Shown: positions 17,239-27,064 of the stretch, piece by piece
How positions within the stretch are numbered: position 1 is the stretch's first letter
Layout: every line of letters starts with the position of its first letter
Origin: Giardia intestinalis
Lineage: Eukaryota
Strand: one strand, 5' to 3'
Assembly: GCA_000002435.2 (NCBI GenBank)
Contig: CM018792.1
Length of the DNA stretch: 64,000 bases
Position numbers and translations under genes: made by a program
The notes under the pieces: model-generated
Told to the model about the DNA's origin: nothing
Database searches by the model: none
The model's input: only the letters and a program-made list of their open reading frames with translations

Positions 17239-19092
17239 ATGACGAGTCACCTAGGAGGTCAGAGTCCCCTTATTGACGCAGAAGTTCCCCTCCAACCCCT
17301 TCCAGAAGGACACAAGCTTAATAAGGAGCAATTCCAACTCGTAGATAACCTTCTGCTCAGCTATTTGAAAAATTGCAAGCTATATGTCTCCTCAGAGGAA
17401 ACACGGAAAAAAGAAGCCATTCTTAGGAACCTGGAGCTTATAATTTCAGACTGGGTGTATGAAACGTACAAAGACGCATTCTTGGCCAACATGCAATTCT
17501 ATCGAAAGCAACCTAACATGCCTCGCTCAGAGCGTCTGGTGAGGTTGTATCCCTTTGGGTCATACTATCTTGGCATTAATGAACCATCATCAGATGTGGA
17601 CACAGTCGTTATCTTTCCACAATATGTCCGAATAGCAGACTTCTTTGATAAGTTCCCGACCATCATAGGACAGATGCCACAGGTGTCCTACTTTGATTGC
17701 ATTCGAGACGCAAAGGTGCCGCTCATCACCTTAACGTATGACTCCGTTGATTTCGACCTGAGCGCGGCCGTCATGGCAGTCAACCGCGTGACCGATGCCA
17801 TACCCTTTCTTGATCCAGAATGCACGGCCAATATGCACGAAAAGTCCATTTTGTCGCTCAATGGGTATCGCACAAACATCCATGTGAAGTCTCAGTTCGC
17901 TGGGAACAATATATTCTATAGCACATTCCAAAATGCTGTACGTGCTCTTCGTCTCTGGTGCAAGCGGAAGAACATCTACAGTAATCGCTGTGGTTTTTTC
18001 GGCGGCATCAATTGCATAATATTAGTGGCAAACGTAATGTTGCGGAGCTCGTTTGAGCTTCTGCAATTGGATGTAGAACAACAAAACTTGGAATATCAAG
18101 CTTCTTTATCCACTGCACAAGGCGATCTCACCAGTCCCAGTGACCCGCAATCACCGTACATTCAATACAACAGTGACTCTATTCTGGAGTTACGAGAAGC
18201 TGTCCCTCTTACCTTGTGGCTGTACAATATATATTATTATTACTCTCGACTAGATTGGAGCACAAAGGCCATTCAGCTACCAAATCCTGTACAGGCATCA
18301 GCAGCTACCAGACTATCCATGACAGCTCAGAGCTGGGTGCGGCGAGACAAGGACAAGATGTGCCTTCTCACCGCAGTGGAACCATATTTTAATAGCACGG
18401 ACAAAATATTTGAAACAACTTTCGACACCATCCTGACAAACTTCCGGCAGGGGGTCAAAGCTATATTGGACATAGTTAGAGGAGTAGTGGCAGCATATTC
18501 ATTTGGACTTGAAATTGCACGGCCCCTTTTGCGGCCATCTCTTTGGGACACATTCTTCTATAACAGCTTTTTAGAGTTTTTCTCCAATCCGGGCTATAGA
18601 CCAAATATTATGTATCTGCTAATAACGCGGAATACGATGTCATCAAACAGCATGGTGGAATTAGACAAAGTGAAGAGCTTTCTAGAATCTCGGATAAATC
18701 GGATATGTCGTCGTCTTTTAACGAGCCTTCAGCCTGCAGTGGGAAATAATGCTAGGCTCATTCGCGTTCATCCTCTTCCGACGTGGTATGATAGCACAAG
18801 CCTTGGTGAGTTAGAGCATGGAAAGCACTACTTCTACATAGGAATGGAGACGTCTACCACTGGAGACCTTAGGGGTCTATCTGAGCGCCTCTCGCAGGAG
18901 GTAAGGGACTTTGCAAGAGAATGCAAGGGATATCTTTCTGAAAAGAGAATGCTACTGGGCATGGAATCGATTGATAAGATGCTCCAGATTAGAATCACAA
19001 CCTACAAAGACCTTCCAGAGGCACTCCGAGGCCTCTCGCCGCCAGAACAAGCCAAAACCTTGTATTGTACGAGCGGTCAGCAGATCGAGTGA
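17239..19092 (+). CDS. canonical poly(A) polymerase (nucleotidyltransferase catalytic and central domains)
   Basis: [25 protein letters not shown] matches the PAP signature [41 protein letters not shown] matches VPIIKLCFDGIEIDILFA. The ORF-track start at 17053 overlaps Trm112. The ATG at 17194 lies 7 nt from the divergent Trm112 ATG. The ATG at 17239 (MTSHLGG) follows the AT-rich AAATTAAATAATTGCTCAAGTTTTGAGCAAGAAATG and is preferred. Confidence 0.75.
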   Translation: [617 protein letters not shown]

Positions 19093-19217
19093 CACCGGCG
19101 GCGCGGCTGATGTGACGAATGTTATGATAAACGGTGAAGAATCTGCCAACTGAAGACTTGACACACGCCTCTTCATCCATTGGCTCTTTAAATATATTAC
19201 TGATATGCGATAAATAA

Positions 19218-19799
19218 ATGCGTATTGTACATTTTCTTGGTGTTCCCGGCGCAGGTAAATCTACCGTCATTGGCCGATTTTGTCAAGAGTACCCCCTGTG
19301 TGCGAGTCTTTACATTGGCCAAATCGTCCGCGAGGAGATCCAGCGACAGACCCCACTCGGGCAAGAAATGCAGCTAATGTTGGCCCAGGGAAATGTACTT
19401 TCAGGGGACGCAGTTATACCTATCCTCCAGCAGGAGATTGCACACCATGAAGCAACTGGAACAGCTGTTCTTTTTGTGGACGGCTTTCCTCGGTCTGATG
19501 ATCAAGCTCGTGCCTACTTACTGCACTTCGGTTCTCCTACTTTAACACTTTGTCTCTCCGCTTCGGATGAGGTAATTGCCGAAAGGCTGATGACAAGACA
19601 GCAGTCTACTACACTACGACTCGATGACACAAAGGACATAATACAGCGGCGCATTGAAAAGGCACGAGAACATGTACAGCCAGGGCTAGATGTTTACATA
19701 GAGCATAACTGCAAAGTAGAAATTATTGATAGTAGCGGGTATTTGGATGAAGTCTGTTCGTCTGTACTGAAAATGCTGCATAAGCATAAAGTATTATAG
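19218..19799 (+). CDS. adenylate kinase / nucleoside-monophosphate kinase family protein
   Basis: ATG at 19218 after TAAATAAATG. P-loop GVPGAGKST, GNVLSGDAVIPIL, and the NMP-kinase LID-anchor motif VDGFPRSDDQA. Confidence 0.65.
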   Translation: MRIVHFLGVPGAGKSTVIGRFCQEYPLCASLYIGQIVREEIQRQTPLGQEMQLMLAQGNVLSGDAVIPILQQEIAHHEATGTAVLFVDGFPRSDDQARAYLLHFGSPTLTLCLSASDEVIAERLMTRQQSTTLRLDDTKDIIQRRIEKAREHVQPGLDVYIEHNCKVEIIDSSGYLDEVCSSVLKMLHKHKVL

Positions 19800-19817
19800 C
19801 TGTTTAATTCGACTCAA

Positions 19818-21617
19818 CTATAGATTGGCGCCCTTACCACTCATATGTAAAAAGTGCTTCTCTTCGAATTCTTTAATTAGAGCAGATGGGCTATCGACTG
19901 CACCACTCCTCTTTTGGCTAGCTCCGCCGCTCTTGTGTATAAGGGAGATATTCACCGAAACGTCATCTAAGAGACCGCATTGTGAGCCAACTGTCTTGCA
20001 CGATGACGTTCCCGAAAAATCCATCTTGCTATCTAGCGATTCGTTCTCATTGTCGGTACTATTAATCAATCGATGCTGCAAGCTGCTCTTTTGCTTAGAA
20101 CACATAACGTAATCGTCAGAGTCAGAGTCATACGTTTCTGCTATGCGATCATCATTTGCCCCTACCTTAAAGAGTGTCTGTTCTGCAAACTGCACTCGCG
20201 CCCTGCGTGGCTTATCTCTTTTGGGATGCTTAAACGGGTACTGAAACTCCTCTGTCAAGACGTTAGTGGTATCAGATACAAAGGCTATCGGCTCTATTTT
20301 TGCTAGCCCGAGAGGCTCTACTTTTTGTGCCAGTCTATTACAGCGAAGTACTTGAGGAAGTGAGATGGTCGTTTCCAATTTTAGTTCTGGCAAATGCGAC
20401 TGTTCGGCAGCAGACGTTTTTAGATTAATGGATTCTGTAGTGACTAGTTGTGTAGGCTTAGATGCCACGTGACGCATAGAGAGAGCTTTTGACACAGGGG
20501 CACATGTCACCAAGTAGGGATTCTTATAGTATTCATGATTCTCATGAAAAGTAAATGTGGAAATAGTGGGAGCTGGCAAAGATAAAGATTGTGTATCGGC
20601 ACCAGCTGACTTCGGGTTCAACTCGCTTATAGTATCAGTATGAGTAATAGGACTTACAGATTCTAGATCTGAGTATGCGGTCAAGGGAGCCTTGGAGCTC
20701 GCGGAAAGAGAAGATGGCTGCACAAGTGGTAAAGAATCAAAGAAAGAAATGGGCATGGATCTAACGGGGCTGTCTGGAGAAATTGCACTACTAGATCTAT
20801 GAGAGATCCTAGTTTGCGTTCCAGTTAAGTTAAAAACGCCTCCCTCTAACGTTGATTTGAAAGGCAGGCTCTCTTCTAAGCGCCGCCCAGTCCCGTCTTG
20901 CTTTTCTGTTTCAAGGAGGCGGCGCATATCATCCGGATTAAAAAGCTGCATTGATAGTCCTGAAAGCATATCAATCTTAGAGTTATTATATTGAGACATA
21001 TTAATTAGTGGGTGATTTTCTTTGGCTTCTAATGGTTTATCTTTTGCTGAAATGAGAGTGGTAAATGCGGCCCTAGACTGAGATCTGAGAATGGGTCCAC
21101 TGACAGACCTTTCTTCAACGGGGAGTCCGTCAATGTTAAGCGTTGTGTGCCCTTTACCCGTTGTGGGTGGTTGGGACATAGAAAGACTGTGTCCTGTGGG
21201 GGCAAGTTTGTTCAATTCCCAGGAGGGAACGGGTTTGTGAGTGCACTCTCGTGCCTCGTCAAGCAGGCGAGAGCTTAGCTTACAGCTGCAGTGGCGCAGC
21301 TCCTGCACAGAACAATTCTTTCCGTGGTAGGCGTACTCTCCGTTCCGAAGGGAGCGCCGTACAATTGCGGGAAGCATGTGCTGTGATGTTGCTGCAGCAG
21401 TTGCTAGTTCTACCTGTTCAGCAGTATACATCTGACCTGCGCGACGCTGAAGCTCCAGCCTCTTCAAAATGCATTCCTTGTGTTTCATGCGCAGCTCGTG
21501 CCGCCGGATGTCCTGCTCATCCCATTTGCGCTCCTTTTCATTGAACTGTTCCCGAAGGAGATCCTCAAGCTTATCTACAATAGATGGCCCGTTGGCTCCT
21601 TTATGTAAATCATCCAT
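19818..21617 (-). CDS. hypothetical Ser-rich protein with short N-terminal coiled coil
   Basis: The ORF-track start at 21695 is TTG. The first ATG (MDDLHKGANG) is at 21615-21617 after ATTTTAGGC. No recognised domain. Confidence 0.5.
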   Translation of the reverse strand: MDDLHKGANGPSIVDKLEDLLREQFNEKERKWDEQDIRRHELRMKHKECILKRLELQRRAGQMYTAEQVELATAAATSQHMLPAIVRRSLRNGEYAYHGKNCSVQELRHCSCKLSSRLLDEARECTHKPVPSWELNKLAPTGHSLSMSQPPTTGKGHTTLNIDGLPVEERSVSGPILRSQSRAAFTTLISAKDKPLEAKENHPLINMSQYNNSKIDMLSGLSMQLFNPDDMRRLLETEKQDGTGRRLEESLPFKSTLEGGVFNLTGTQTRISHRSSSAISPDSPVRSMPISFFDSLPLVQPSSLSASSKAPLTAYSDLESVSPITHTDTISELNPKSAGADTQSLSLPAPTISTFTFHENHEYYKNPYLVTCAPVSKALSMRHVASKPTQLVTTESINLKTSAAEQSHLPELKLETTISLPQVLRCNRLAQKVEPLGLAKIEPIAFVSDTTNVLTEEFQYPFKHPKRDKPRRARVQFAEQTLFKVGANDDRIAETYDSDSDDYVMCSKQKSSLQHRLINSTDNENESLDSKMDFSGTSSCKTVGSQCGLLDDVSVNISLIHKSGGASQKRSGAVDSPSALIKEFEEKHFLHMSGKGANL

Positions 21618-22073
21618 GCCTAAAATCCGAGTGACTTTAGAATAAAAATCCCTTTCAGTTTTTACCGGCCCTCCATACTTCAATAGGACAGTCAATCTTG
21701 AAATGTAGAAAGAACTATGCTAGTTGCAAAGCGAGACATCTAATCACTAAGAGTCTGCATTGGAATTCAGCGCGTTCTTATAAGCTTATTGTCCATCCAC
21801 TTTACTTAGGGGAATACTGTCAAGACCTTTTTTACCACGGTAGAAAGCATGCTTGCGACATTACTGACTTCTACTTGCTTTACAATCACCCACATCCCCC
21901 AGTTATCAACAGCCTCCATCAATGTATACCATATACTCGTTTAGTCATGGATTTACATGAGCAATATTTAATGCGTATTGGTCTTCAGAAGCACTTTTAT
22001 AGGACGAGAATGGCGTCTACCTGTCTCCAGGTAGTTCTAGTGAAGATTTTATGCAATTAGAAACGACGCACTA

Positions 22074-24371
22074 CTACCGTTTACTTGAGTCACCCGCATC
22101 TATCTCGCTGTCTAACAAAGCAAGTATCTGTACCCTACTATTATGGTCGTCGTGATTGGGATATTTGGCATAGAATTCTACATAATTTCCGTCATCATCT
22201 GGTATGTACCTTTCTTTAGCCAGCACAAGCTTCAGACAGTCATGCTTGCCATAGTAGGCTGCAAGCATTAATGCAGTCATTCCATCCTTGTTTTTGAAGC
22301 CTATCTCGTACTTCGCGAGTTCTTCCACAATAGAATCAAACCCGCTTTTACAGGCATACATCAGTGCAGTGTTGCCTTCCCAATCTTGAGCCCCTGCTTC
22401 TGCTATCAAATAGGGTATTGCTCCGACGTTGTTGTTTATGGCAGCAAGCATCAGAGCTGTTACACCATTGGTGGCACACTTTCCTATTTGGCTTTTATAT
22501 GCGTCGAAGTTCTTTAGCACTGCTCTTGTTGTCGCAAAGAACATCAAACTTGTATATCCAGAGATCCCTATCTCACTAACCAGTAATTGGCAGGTGCTTC
22601 TATCCCCTGACTCCGATGCGATCATAAGGGCGCTATATCCATTATTATTAGTGGCTCCTGCTTCGTAGCTTGTTATGAGAGAAGCTATTTCTGTATGTCC
22701 ATTTCTGGCAGCGTGCATCAAGGCCGTGTTGCCGTACTGATCTCGAGCTTTGGCCTCCCACGTTACAAGCATCCTTGTACATGCAATTGACCCTGATTGC
22801 GCGGCAAGAATGAGAGCCGTTCTTCCTCGCTTATCCTGCATTCGTGCTTCATCCGTCAAAAACTCAAGCACTTTGTCTTGACCGGCGGCAGCAGCAAGCA
22901 TAAGCGCAGTTGTGCCATCCTTCATAGATCTTCCTTTCTCCATATTGAAAAGATGCTTGACTGCCTCTACGTGGCCGTGCTCTGAGGCGAACATTAGTGC
23001 GGTTTTCCCCGATGAATAGGGGCCAGAAAGCTCCATCCCGCCTTCACACTGACAAAGGAGCTGGACTACACTGCTGTGACCCCCTCCACTGGCAAACATA
23101 AGGGCCGTCTTACCATCGTTTGTTGAGATTCGAGCCTCGCTATTTGCAAGCAGTTCACAGACTTCTAGATGCCCTCGTTCTGCAGCATACATTAGGGCTG
23201 TTTTTCCTTCGTATGTTTGCGCTTTTAACGCTGCATACCATTTATCTGGTTTGCTACATATCATCCGGACCAGCCATATGTTCCCTGACGAAGCTGCAAT
23301 CATTAGTGGTGTTTCGCCTTTTTCATTTCTGAGATCGCCTTCCTCCTTTAGCAAGGCCTCTGTAACAAATTGGCAGCTGAGGTTTTTATCGTCGTCCCTT
23401 CTACTGTATTTCGCTAGCATGAGTAATGCAGTGTAATCATTGATCCAATCGTTTGTAGTCTGAAGCCTTATCTCTTCTGCGACAAGTAGAGATGCTATTT
23501 TGTAGCGCCGCAGCTTGACGGCAAGCATGAGGGCGCTCCAGCCTTTATCACACTTAAGTGAGATCTGTCTTCCTGCCAGATGAGTAAGCCTACAAGCCCT
23601 ATCATAGTCATCACACGCAACCGCATACATGAGCATCGTGAAGCCACCGAGATTGATCTCTCCATAAAGAAGTTGAACGCACTTCATGTGGCCTTCAGTT
23701 GCTGCAAGCATTAAGGCGCTCCATCCATCGTCACTGATCAATCCTGACTCAGGAACCAGTCTGGCGACAGCATCAGCATTGCCGCGGAATGCAGCAATCA
23801 TTAATGCTGAAGCCCCTGTTATGCTTATAGAATCTCCAGGAAACGTGATACTGTTCATCTCTATGGCTTTGGTATACTGCTGCATCATCAGGGCTGATGA
23901 AGAATTATCAACGTGGAAATTCTCATCTTCTTGTGCTAACTGCATAAGACTCGTCTGCTCAGTTGTACGGAGCCCTGTGCGCGGAGTCATACTAATCGAG
24001 ATTTCATTGATCCGTAAGGTTGTTATAATTGTAGCAATCTCCTGAGCATTTCCAAGACTAAGAGCCCGTATGTAAGCGTTCTGTAATAGAAGATAGCCAG
24101 ATTTTTGGGTTCTCAGAGAATTTCTCAAGGTACTTCGGCATTCACTGTGCATGGTTTTGCTCTTGGTTATCGGCTGCAAATTCCATTGTTCATGCTTTTT
24201 ACCCCTCGATATCTGTACTGGAACAGTCAAACTCATTGGTTGTGAAGAGGTACACTTCAAACGGTAGTCTCCACTTAATTCTCCCATGCGTTCATTCGAT
24301 AAAAGAAGCGGGGCATCTTCCAGGAGGCTAGTCATGCTAATTACCTTATTGCTTTCCTGGTCCATGTTCAT
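22074..24371 (-). CDS. ankyrin-repeat protein (21.1-type), 765 aa
   Basis: True ATG at 24369-24371. About 16 ANK repeats (ASALMIAAFRGNADAVARLV, GWSALMLAATEGHMKCVQLL, GKTALMYAAERGHLEVCELL, among others). Confidence 0.85.
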   Translation of the reverse strand: MNMDQESNKVISMTSLLEDAPLLLSNERMGELSGDYRLKCTSSQPMSLTVPVQISRGKKHEQWNLQPITKSKTMHSECRSTLRNSLRTQKSGYLLLQNAYIRALSLGNAQEIATIITTLRINEISISMTPRTGLRTTEQTSLMQLAQEDENFHVDNSSSALMMQQYTKAIEMNSITFPGDSISITGASALMIAAFRGNADAVARLVPESGLISDDGWSALMLAATEGHMKCVQLLYGEINLGGFTMLMYAVACDDYDRACRLTHLAGRQISLKCDKGWSALMLAVKLRRYKIASLLVAEEIRLQTTNDWINDYTALLMLAKYSRRDDDKNLSCQFVTEALLKEEGDLRNEKGETPLMIAASSGNIWLVRMICSKPDKWYAALKAQTYEGKTALMYAAERGHLEVCELLANSEARISTNDGKTALMFASGGGHSSVVQLLCQCEGGMELSGPYSSGKTALMFASEHGHVEAVKHLFNMEKGRSMKDGTTALMLAAAAGQDKVLEFLTDEARMQDKRGRTALILAAQSGSIACTRMLVTWEAKARDQYGNTALMHAARNGHTEIASLITSYEAGATNNNGYSALMIASESGDRSTCQLLVSEIGISGYTSLMFFATTRAVLKNFDAYKSQIGKCATNGVTALMLAAINNNVGAIPYLIAEAGAQDWEGNTALMYACKSGFDSIVEELAKYEIGFKNKDGMTALMLAAYYGKHDCLKLVLAKERYIPDDDGNYVEFYAKYPNHDDHNSRVQILALLDSEIDAGDSSKR

Positions 24372-24493
24372 ATTCAGTTAGCGCTACTAACTTTAGATAG
24401 AGTATTTCAAAATAGTTTGTACAACTGGAATCTGACCTAAAACTGGAATCCACACTGAAGTATACGAGGGAAGGTAAAAAGACAAATAGTCAT

Positions 24494-25090
24494 TTACTTC
24501 TGAATCGTAATAGGAATATCAACAGAAGGCTCAGGTGTGACTATGTTGCAAGGAATACGGATAACGACAATCTTGTTTGCATACGACGCAACGACCTTAT
24601 CAGCAGGATAATTTTCCTTCAGGGAGGCGCTAAGAAGCTTGATTCCATCTGCCTCTACAGTGATGGCGCCGGTATTGGAGATTGTTATGGACGGCTTTGT
24701 TTCTGATACAATATGAAACGTGACCACTCCACGTGCGACAATCGGCATGCTTCCGTGATGAACGGTGACAGGAAGCTCATTCATATCTTTGGATGACAGA
24801 AATGGGCAGGGTTTGGGACCGGTCCAGCGCTCTTCTTTTGAACAGTGGGGTCCATGATGTCCCCTGCCCTTAATAAAGTGGGAGAACGGGGGCCCGTGTT
24901 TCCAGAATTTGCGGCGCTCGCGGTCGCAGCAGTATGGGCCTGGGCCCTGTCTACAGCACTCCCTTTCATCATGGCCAGCTTCGCACTCACAGCTAGAGGA
25001 CGATGATGAGCTGGAGCTTTCATCCGGTGGACGCCTTCCATGATGCCTCCTTCCAAAGAACTCGCCGTTGGCGTGCCTTGGGTTGAACAT
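24494..25090 (-). CDS. small protein with His/Cys-rich N-terminus and HSP20/alpha-crystallin-like C-terminal domain
   Basis: True ATG at 25088-25090 after AAAGAAAAAAATG. The C-terminal VTFHIVSETKPSITISNTGAITVEADGIKL...LKENYPADKVVASYANKIVVIRIP resembles the ACD beta-sandwich ending (LPENVDxDKIKASxENGVLTVTVPK). The N-terminus carries HHGRR, S9, CECEAGHDERECC, CCDRERR and HHGPHC. Confidence 0.45.
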   Translation of the reverse strand: MFNPRHANGEFFGRRHHGRRPPDESSSSSSSSSCECEAGHDERECCRQGPGPYCCDRERRKFWKHGPPFSHFIKGRGHHGPHCSKEERWTGPKPCPFLSSKDMNELPVTVHHGSMPIVARGVVTFHIVSETKPSITISNTGAITVEADGIKLLSASLKENYPADKVVASYANKIVVIRIPCNIVTPEPSVDIPITIQK

Positions 25091-25218
25091 TTTTTTCTTT
25101 GAACTTAAACTTGAAATTGATTATTGATATATTGATTAAGTTCATTAGAGATCCACTAATTATCATCTAAGAATAGATTTCGAATGCGTAGCTGAGCTGA
25201 TAGTCGAGTCATTTGGTT

Positions 25219-25229
25219 CTCTTTTAAAA
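25219..25229 (+). promoter_or_regulatory. AT-rich initiator CTTTTAAAAA abutting ATG of the ANK-RING gene
   Basis: CTCTTTTAAAAATGTCAATTC. The same 14-mer CTTTTAAAAATGTC occurs at 14341-14354. Confidence 0.5.
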
Positions 25230-26915
25230 ATGTCAATTCTGGACAAGTTCACTTGGTTCAACGTTTGTCGGGCTGGACTCGTTAATCAGATAAAGGATAA
25301 CATTGCTAAGTTTAAGACTGTGCGGGACGAGGTCACCGGGGCTACAGCTCTCATGCATGCGTGTGTTGATAACAATCTTGAGGTTGTGCGAATTCTGCTA
25401 CCATATGAGGATGTTATCACTGATAATAGTGGGAAGACAGGTCTCATGATTGCTGCAGAGCACGGGTACCTGGATTTAGCCAGACTTTTAATGGTGACTC
25501 AGGTTGGAAAGCAGCGCGAGAATGGCCAAACTGCACTCATGCATGCGGCAGCCTATGACTTTGAAGAGGTCGTAGAGCTTCTTTTGCCGAGGGAGGGTAC
25601 AATGACAGACAACAATGGATGGACAGCGCTCATGTGTGCCGCCTGGCGAGGATCTAATAAGGCCGCGTTGGTTTTGGCTAAGGTGGAGGCAGGAATGGCT
25701 AGCAAGCAAGGAGAGACCGCCTTTCTTTGTGCGTGTGATGCTGGTAACTATGAGCTTGCCAGGCTTCTGTTGGAGAAAGAAGGTAGAAGCACGCTGCGGA
25801 CAGGAGAAACCGGTCTTCACCTGGCTGCACGGAGTGGGTGCAAGGCTATTGTAGAGCTTCTTCTGGAACCGCTTTGTCGGAAGCAAACAAAGGCAGGAAA
25901 GACAGCTTTGATGTATGCAGCATCTGCGGGCAATTTGGAGATAGTAATGCTTTTATTAGAAAAAGAAGTAGGATACCAAGATACAGACGGGCGCACAGCT
26001 ACCATGAATGCCATCCTGAATGGACATGAGGGTTGCATGACAGCTTTGTTGCCTCATGAGAAGGAGATTGTCGATAAAAAGGGGCAGACTGCTCTAATTG
26101 TTGCTCAGAGCACAACGCCCAGTGTAATGTCTTACCATGTAGCTGCTTTATTAGGTGGAATCATAGATCCAGAAACAGGGAGCACTACTCTGATACAGGC
26201 AGCACGACGTGGTTTGTCCGATATTGTTGGGATTCTTGTTCCTGCCCAAACAAACTTAACTGATGAAAGTGGAATGTGTGCAATTCACTATGCTGTTGCG
26301 AGTCACAATCTGGAGTGCATTAGGTTGTTGAAGCAATATGAAGGTAAGACACTCAATGCCAATGGGCATCATGCCCTGATAATGGCTGTGATAGAGGGAG
26401 ATGTCTCTGTCATACTAGAACTTATTGAACACTCTTGGATTCCAGATGCAGAAGGCAACTATCCAATTACATACTGTAAGGAAGATCCACTGAGCGATAT
26501 CTATCAGCTCCTCTTCTCCCACATGATGCGGACACACCCCAATTTTAAGGCTGTTACATCAGCGTTCTGCCTTGCTCTTCATACATGCTTCTCGTTGCTA
26601 CTTAATGACTACCCCGATAACGATGATTTTGAATTTCTCTCGGAGTTTCTGCTGCTCATATCTGATCTCTTCTTCAGTCCAGAAAGGATTACTGCTACAC
26701 AGATAACGGGAGAGATTACTACGCTCCTGGACAGCTTCACTGCGACGGTCCACGAGTTCCCCTGCTGCGTCTGCATAGACCGCCCGGCCTTCGTCATCAT
26801 CCGGCCCTGCATGCACATGTGCATATGCAGCCAGTGCGTCGCGTCTCTGCGTGGGCGGTGCCCGTACTGCCAGCGCGCCGTTACAGAGCACTTCGAGATT
26901 GCCCTCGAGAAGTGA
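25230..26915 (+). CDS. ankyrin-repeat protein with C-terminal C3HC4 RING finger (putative E3 ubiquitin ligase)
   Basis: About 9 ANK repeats (GATALMHACVDNNLEVVRILL, GQTALMHAAAYDFEEVVELLL, among others). C-terminal CCVCIDRPAFVIIRPCMHMCICSQCVASLRGRCPYCQRAV fits C-x2-C-x(11)-C-x-H-x2-C-x2-C-x(6)-C-x2-C. Confidence 0.8.
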   Translation: MSILDKFTWFNVCRAGLVNQIKDNIAKFKTVRDEVTGATALMHACVDNNLEVVRILLPYEDVITDNSGKTGLMIAAEHGYLDLARLLMVTQVGKQRENGQTALMHAAAYDFEEVVELLLPREGTMTDNNGWTALMCAAWRGSNKAALVLAKVEAGMASKQGETAFLCACDAGNYELARLLLEKEGRSTLRTGETGLHLAARSGCKAIVELLLEPLCRKQTKAGKTALMYAASAGNLEIVMLLLEKEVGYQDTDGRTATMNAILNGHEGCMTALLPHEKEIVDKKGQTALIVAQSTTPSVMSYHVAALLGGIIDPETGSTTLIQAARRGLSDIVGILVPAQTNLTDESGMCAIHYAVASHNLECIRLLKQYEGKTLNANGHHALIMAVIEGDVSVILELIEHSWIPDAEGNYPITYCKEDPLSDIYQLLFSHMMRTHPNFKAVTSAFCLALHTCFSLLLNDYPDNDDFEFLSEFLLLISDLFFSPERITATQITGEITTLLDSFTATVHEFPCCVCIDRPAFVIIRPCMHMCICSQCVASLRGRCPYCQRAVTEHFEIALEK

Positions 26916-26921
26916 ACAAAG

Positions 26922-26994
26922 CACACCCGACGGGACTTGAACCCGCAACCCCCAGATCCGAAGTCTGGTGCGCTATCCATTGCGCCACGGGTGC
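26922..26994 (-). tRNA. tRNA-Arg (anticodon UCG)
   Basis: The reverse complement folds as a cloverleaf. Acceptor GCACCCG/CGGGTGT (one G-U). D arm GCGC-AATGGATA-GCGC. Anticodon arm CCAGA-CUUCGGA-UCUGG with UCG at 34-36. T arm GCGGG-TTCAAGT-CCCGT (GTTCAAGTCC box). Discriminator G. No intron. Confidence 0.8.
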
Positions 26995-27064
26995 CTTGGC
27001 GCGCGCAAAACCACTACACGCACATAAGCGTTGTGACGAGTGTATGGATATAGGCTAAACAAAA

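Noticed and set aside
21698-22060. Plus-strand 120-aa ORF in the gap between the two minus-strand genes.
   Set aside because: It lies in the 3' flank or promoter region between co-oriented minus-strand genes. Composition and lack of motifs suggest a chance ORF.
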